From assembly GCF_001194135.2 (NCBI RefSeq), contig NC_068993.1:25625583-25689582 (forward strand): a stretch of DNA of 64,000 nt. Reading direction: 5' to 3'. The position numbers and the translations under genes are program-made. Positions 62,085 to 64,000 of this stretch are shown piece after piece (positions within the stretch are counted from its first letter, which is position 1; every line of letters starts with the position of its first letter). The stretch comes from Octopus bimaculoides. Its lineage: Eukaryota. The notes below the pieces were generated by a model. It made no database searches, was not told the origin of the DNA, and saw only the letters and a list, made by a program, of their open reading frames with translations.

Positions 62085-62868
62085 CAAGCCGCAACAAAAA
62101 TTTTAGAAAAATAAACAAGAAATAAGTGGAAATTTTACCGGTGTGTGTGTTTCATTAATCAATTAAAGGAGTCACCTGAAACAGCTGTAATGAATTGACA
62201 TCTGTACATCTTTGTTACTCATTTATATTTTAATCACCTACCTTGGAATCTGCACTTCAGAAATACTATAGGAAGCATCTTTATATAAAGTACATGTCTG
62301 AACTACCAAGCATAGATCTCTTCATTCAGCTGGGTTGCGCTGTCTACACACACAGCAGGAATATCAGGTGCAAACACTCCTGCACAGAGTTATGATATTC
62401 AATATGCAATTAATATTATTTGTCTGTGTGGATTATACCGACCTAACAAGTTGCCTCAATTTAAGTACCTAATTCAACAGAGTCTTAATTATATATGTAT
62501 TGTCACTTGATACTAACAAACGAACATAGTGTAGAACCTACAAAAATTTCTAAGACCAGTCATATGACTATCTTCTGCCAATCAAGTCCTATCCAAAACA
62601 TATACTAATTTGAGCCATGAACTTCCTAACTATCTGAAAATCAATCTAAACAGTGAAACATGTTAAAACTTTAAATATAATTAAAAAATATTTTAACTAT
62701 TCTCAATGCATTTTCAACTTATATTTTTCCTATATTTCTACCTGTGTGCAATCTAAGTGGGTGTCTTTTCAAAACATTCTCTGGTTTAAAAAGCCATATC
62801 AGATGCCATGATGGTTCTAAGGTGTAGGTACAGGGGGTGGTCAAACTCTGCATAAGGAGTAGACAACC

Positions 62869-62901
<33 letters not shown>

Positions 62902-62903
<2 letters not shown>

Positions 62904-63170
62904 TAGCAGCGATACCTGGTGTTGCCTGTGTTACATGCAATTGAAGAATGAGACTTTTTCTGTTATATTTTCTGTAAGGAACTGGAATACATATGATTCG
63001 AATTTCATGAAAATTGCACATGAGGGTTCATTCCCTCTTTACACACCCTAAAAAAAATTTTAATCATGAGACATGTGTCCCATAGAGGAGATATGATATT
63101 GCTGTGGGCTCGAACTATGCAGGAAGTTAAAAGTTTTTTGGGCCTAAGACACTACATGGACCCTAAAAGG
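62902..63170 (-). mobile_element. Non-autonomous Helitron 3' end, same family as 33772-35065
   Basis: Plus strand tactagcagcgatacctggtgttgcctgtg corresponds to minus hairpin + CTAG|T. The internal block is shared with 34870-34960. The right boundary is not determined. Confidence 0.6.
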
Positions 63171-64000
63171 ATTTTGCTCCTGAAAAATGGAGCTCATGGA
63201 GCTGAAAAATGTAGGAGTTAAGGCCCCTATTGGGGGTGAGTGTATTAATGTCAACCAGAGAAGTTGAATTGTTGAGAATCTTTTTAACTTGTGTGTAATA
63301 TGTATTGTTTGAATTTCTTTGAAATAGGAAATATATGTATGTTCACTGGGTTTGTAAAAGAGAGCAAAGCTACAGGAAACCAAAAGACGAATGATCATGA
63401 TAATCAGTCAGCTACCCTAGCCTAGTCATTACTACTCCCCAATGTAGGATTCCTCACCATACATGTGACAGGCATAGCTGTAAGATGCATTACGGATCTA
63501 TAACAACTGGAAGGGCATGACCCAATTGAAATAACAACATGTGACGTTTGGAGTAAAGGGAAATAAAAGTGTCGCCTCTGGAGTTTGCAAATGACTACTA
63601 TACCAATAGGTAACTGTGCAGAAACAATTTACAATCAATAAATGTCTTAGAACAACCAGTCTCTCATCTGGGAAGGCCTTGAAATCAGTGTTACCAACTG
63701 GGGACTATGTATGACTCAGTGATAATAAAAAGACTCAAAGGAGGTCTGCAACGAAATAATTTTACTGAACAGTTTGCAAGTGAATCAGTGGAGGCAAAGA
63801 TGCACCACATTGCAGAAATCACAATGTAAGTATATCTGAAAGGATAGTCTTACACTGTTGTACCATTGAATTACAAATAATGCTCATCTGTTATGTTCGG
63901 GTGACCCTATCGCTACCAATGGTACAACTGTATTCGTCTTTGCTTAGGAAAAATGACTAAATTGTGGGTGTGAAGTCCCCATGAAGGGGTCTTTGTAACA

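Noticed and set aside
63400-63960. Coding-like sequence beyond the Helitron end
   Set aside because: Multiple stops in the frames examined and no recognisable motif on either strand; left unassigned.

Overview
This is AT-rich, microsatellite- and transposon-dense eukaryotic DNA with five assembly gaps. The repeat families and (TA)n/(CA)n/(CAT)n landscape suggest a cephalopod, probably Octopus (inference). The only host gene I can support is on the minus strand: six phase-1/phase-1 exons (45183-45058, 43339-43217, 40112-39990, 11084-10929, 3185-3063, 1106-981) splice in frame into 777 nt. They encode cbEGF-cbEGF-cbEGF-[ephrin-receptor-like/GCC2-GCC3 Cys-rich module]-cbEGF-cbEGF, part of a larger extracellular protein whose start and stop are not in the recognised exons. 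Three of these exons are missing from the ORF track. The rest is intron filled with decayed elements: two tRNA-like SINE families, RTE, CR1/L2-like, Tx1-like and R4-like LINE pieces, Penelope-like element (PLE) fragments, Tc1/mariner and TTAA MITEs, and Helitron relics. The most notable non-obvious signals are (1) several minimal type-I hammerhead-ribozyme-like motifs from different families, all with core lesions, some sitting in divergent inverted repeats as expected for PLE termini; (2) a C4HC3 PHD-type finger inside the RTE protein just after the RT core; and (3) many long inverted repeats and local duplications around the symmetric exons. Identities quoted are by-eye estimates; no searches were run.
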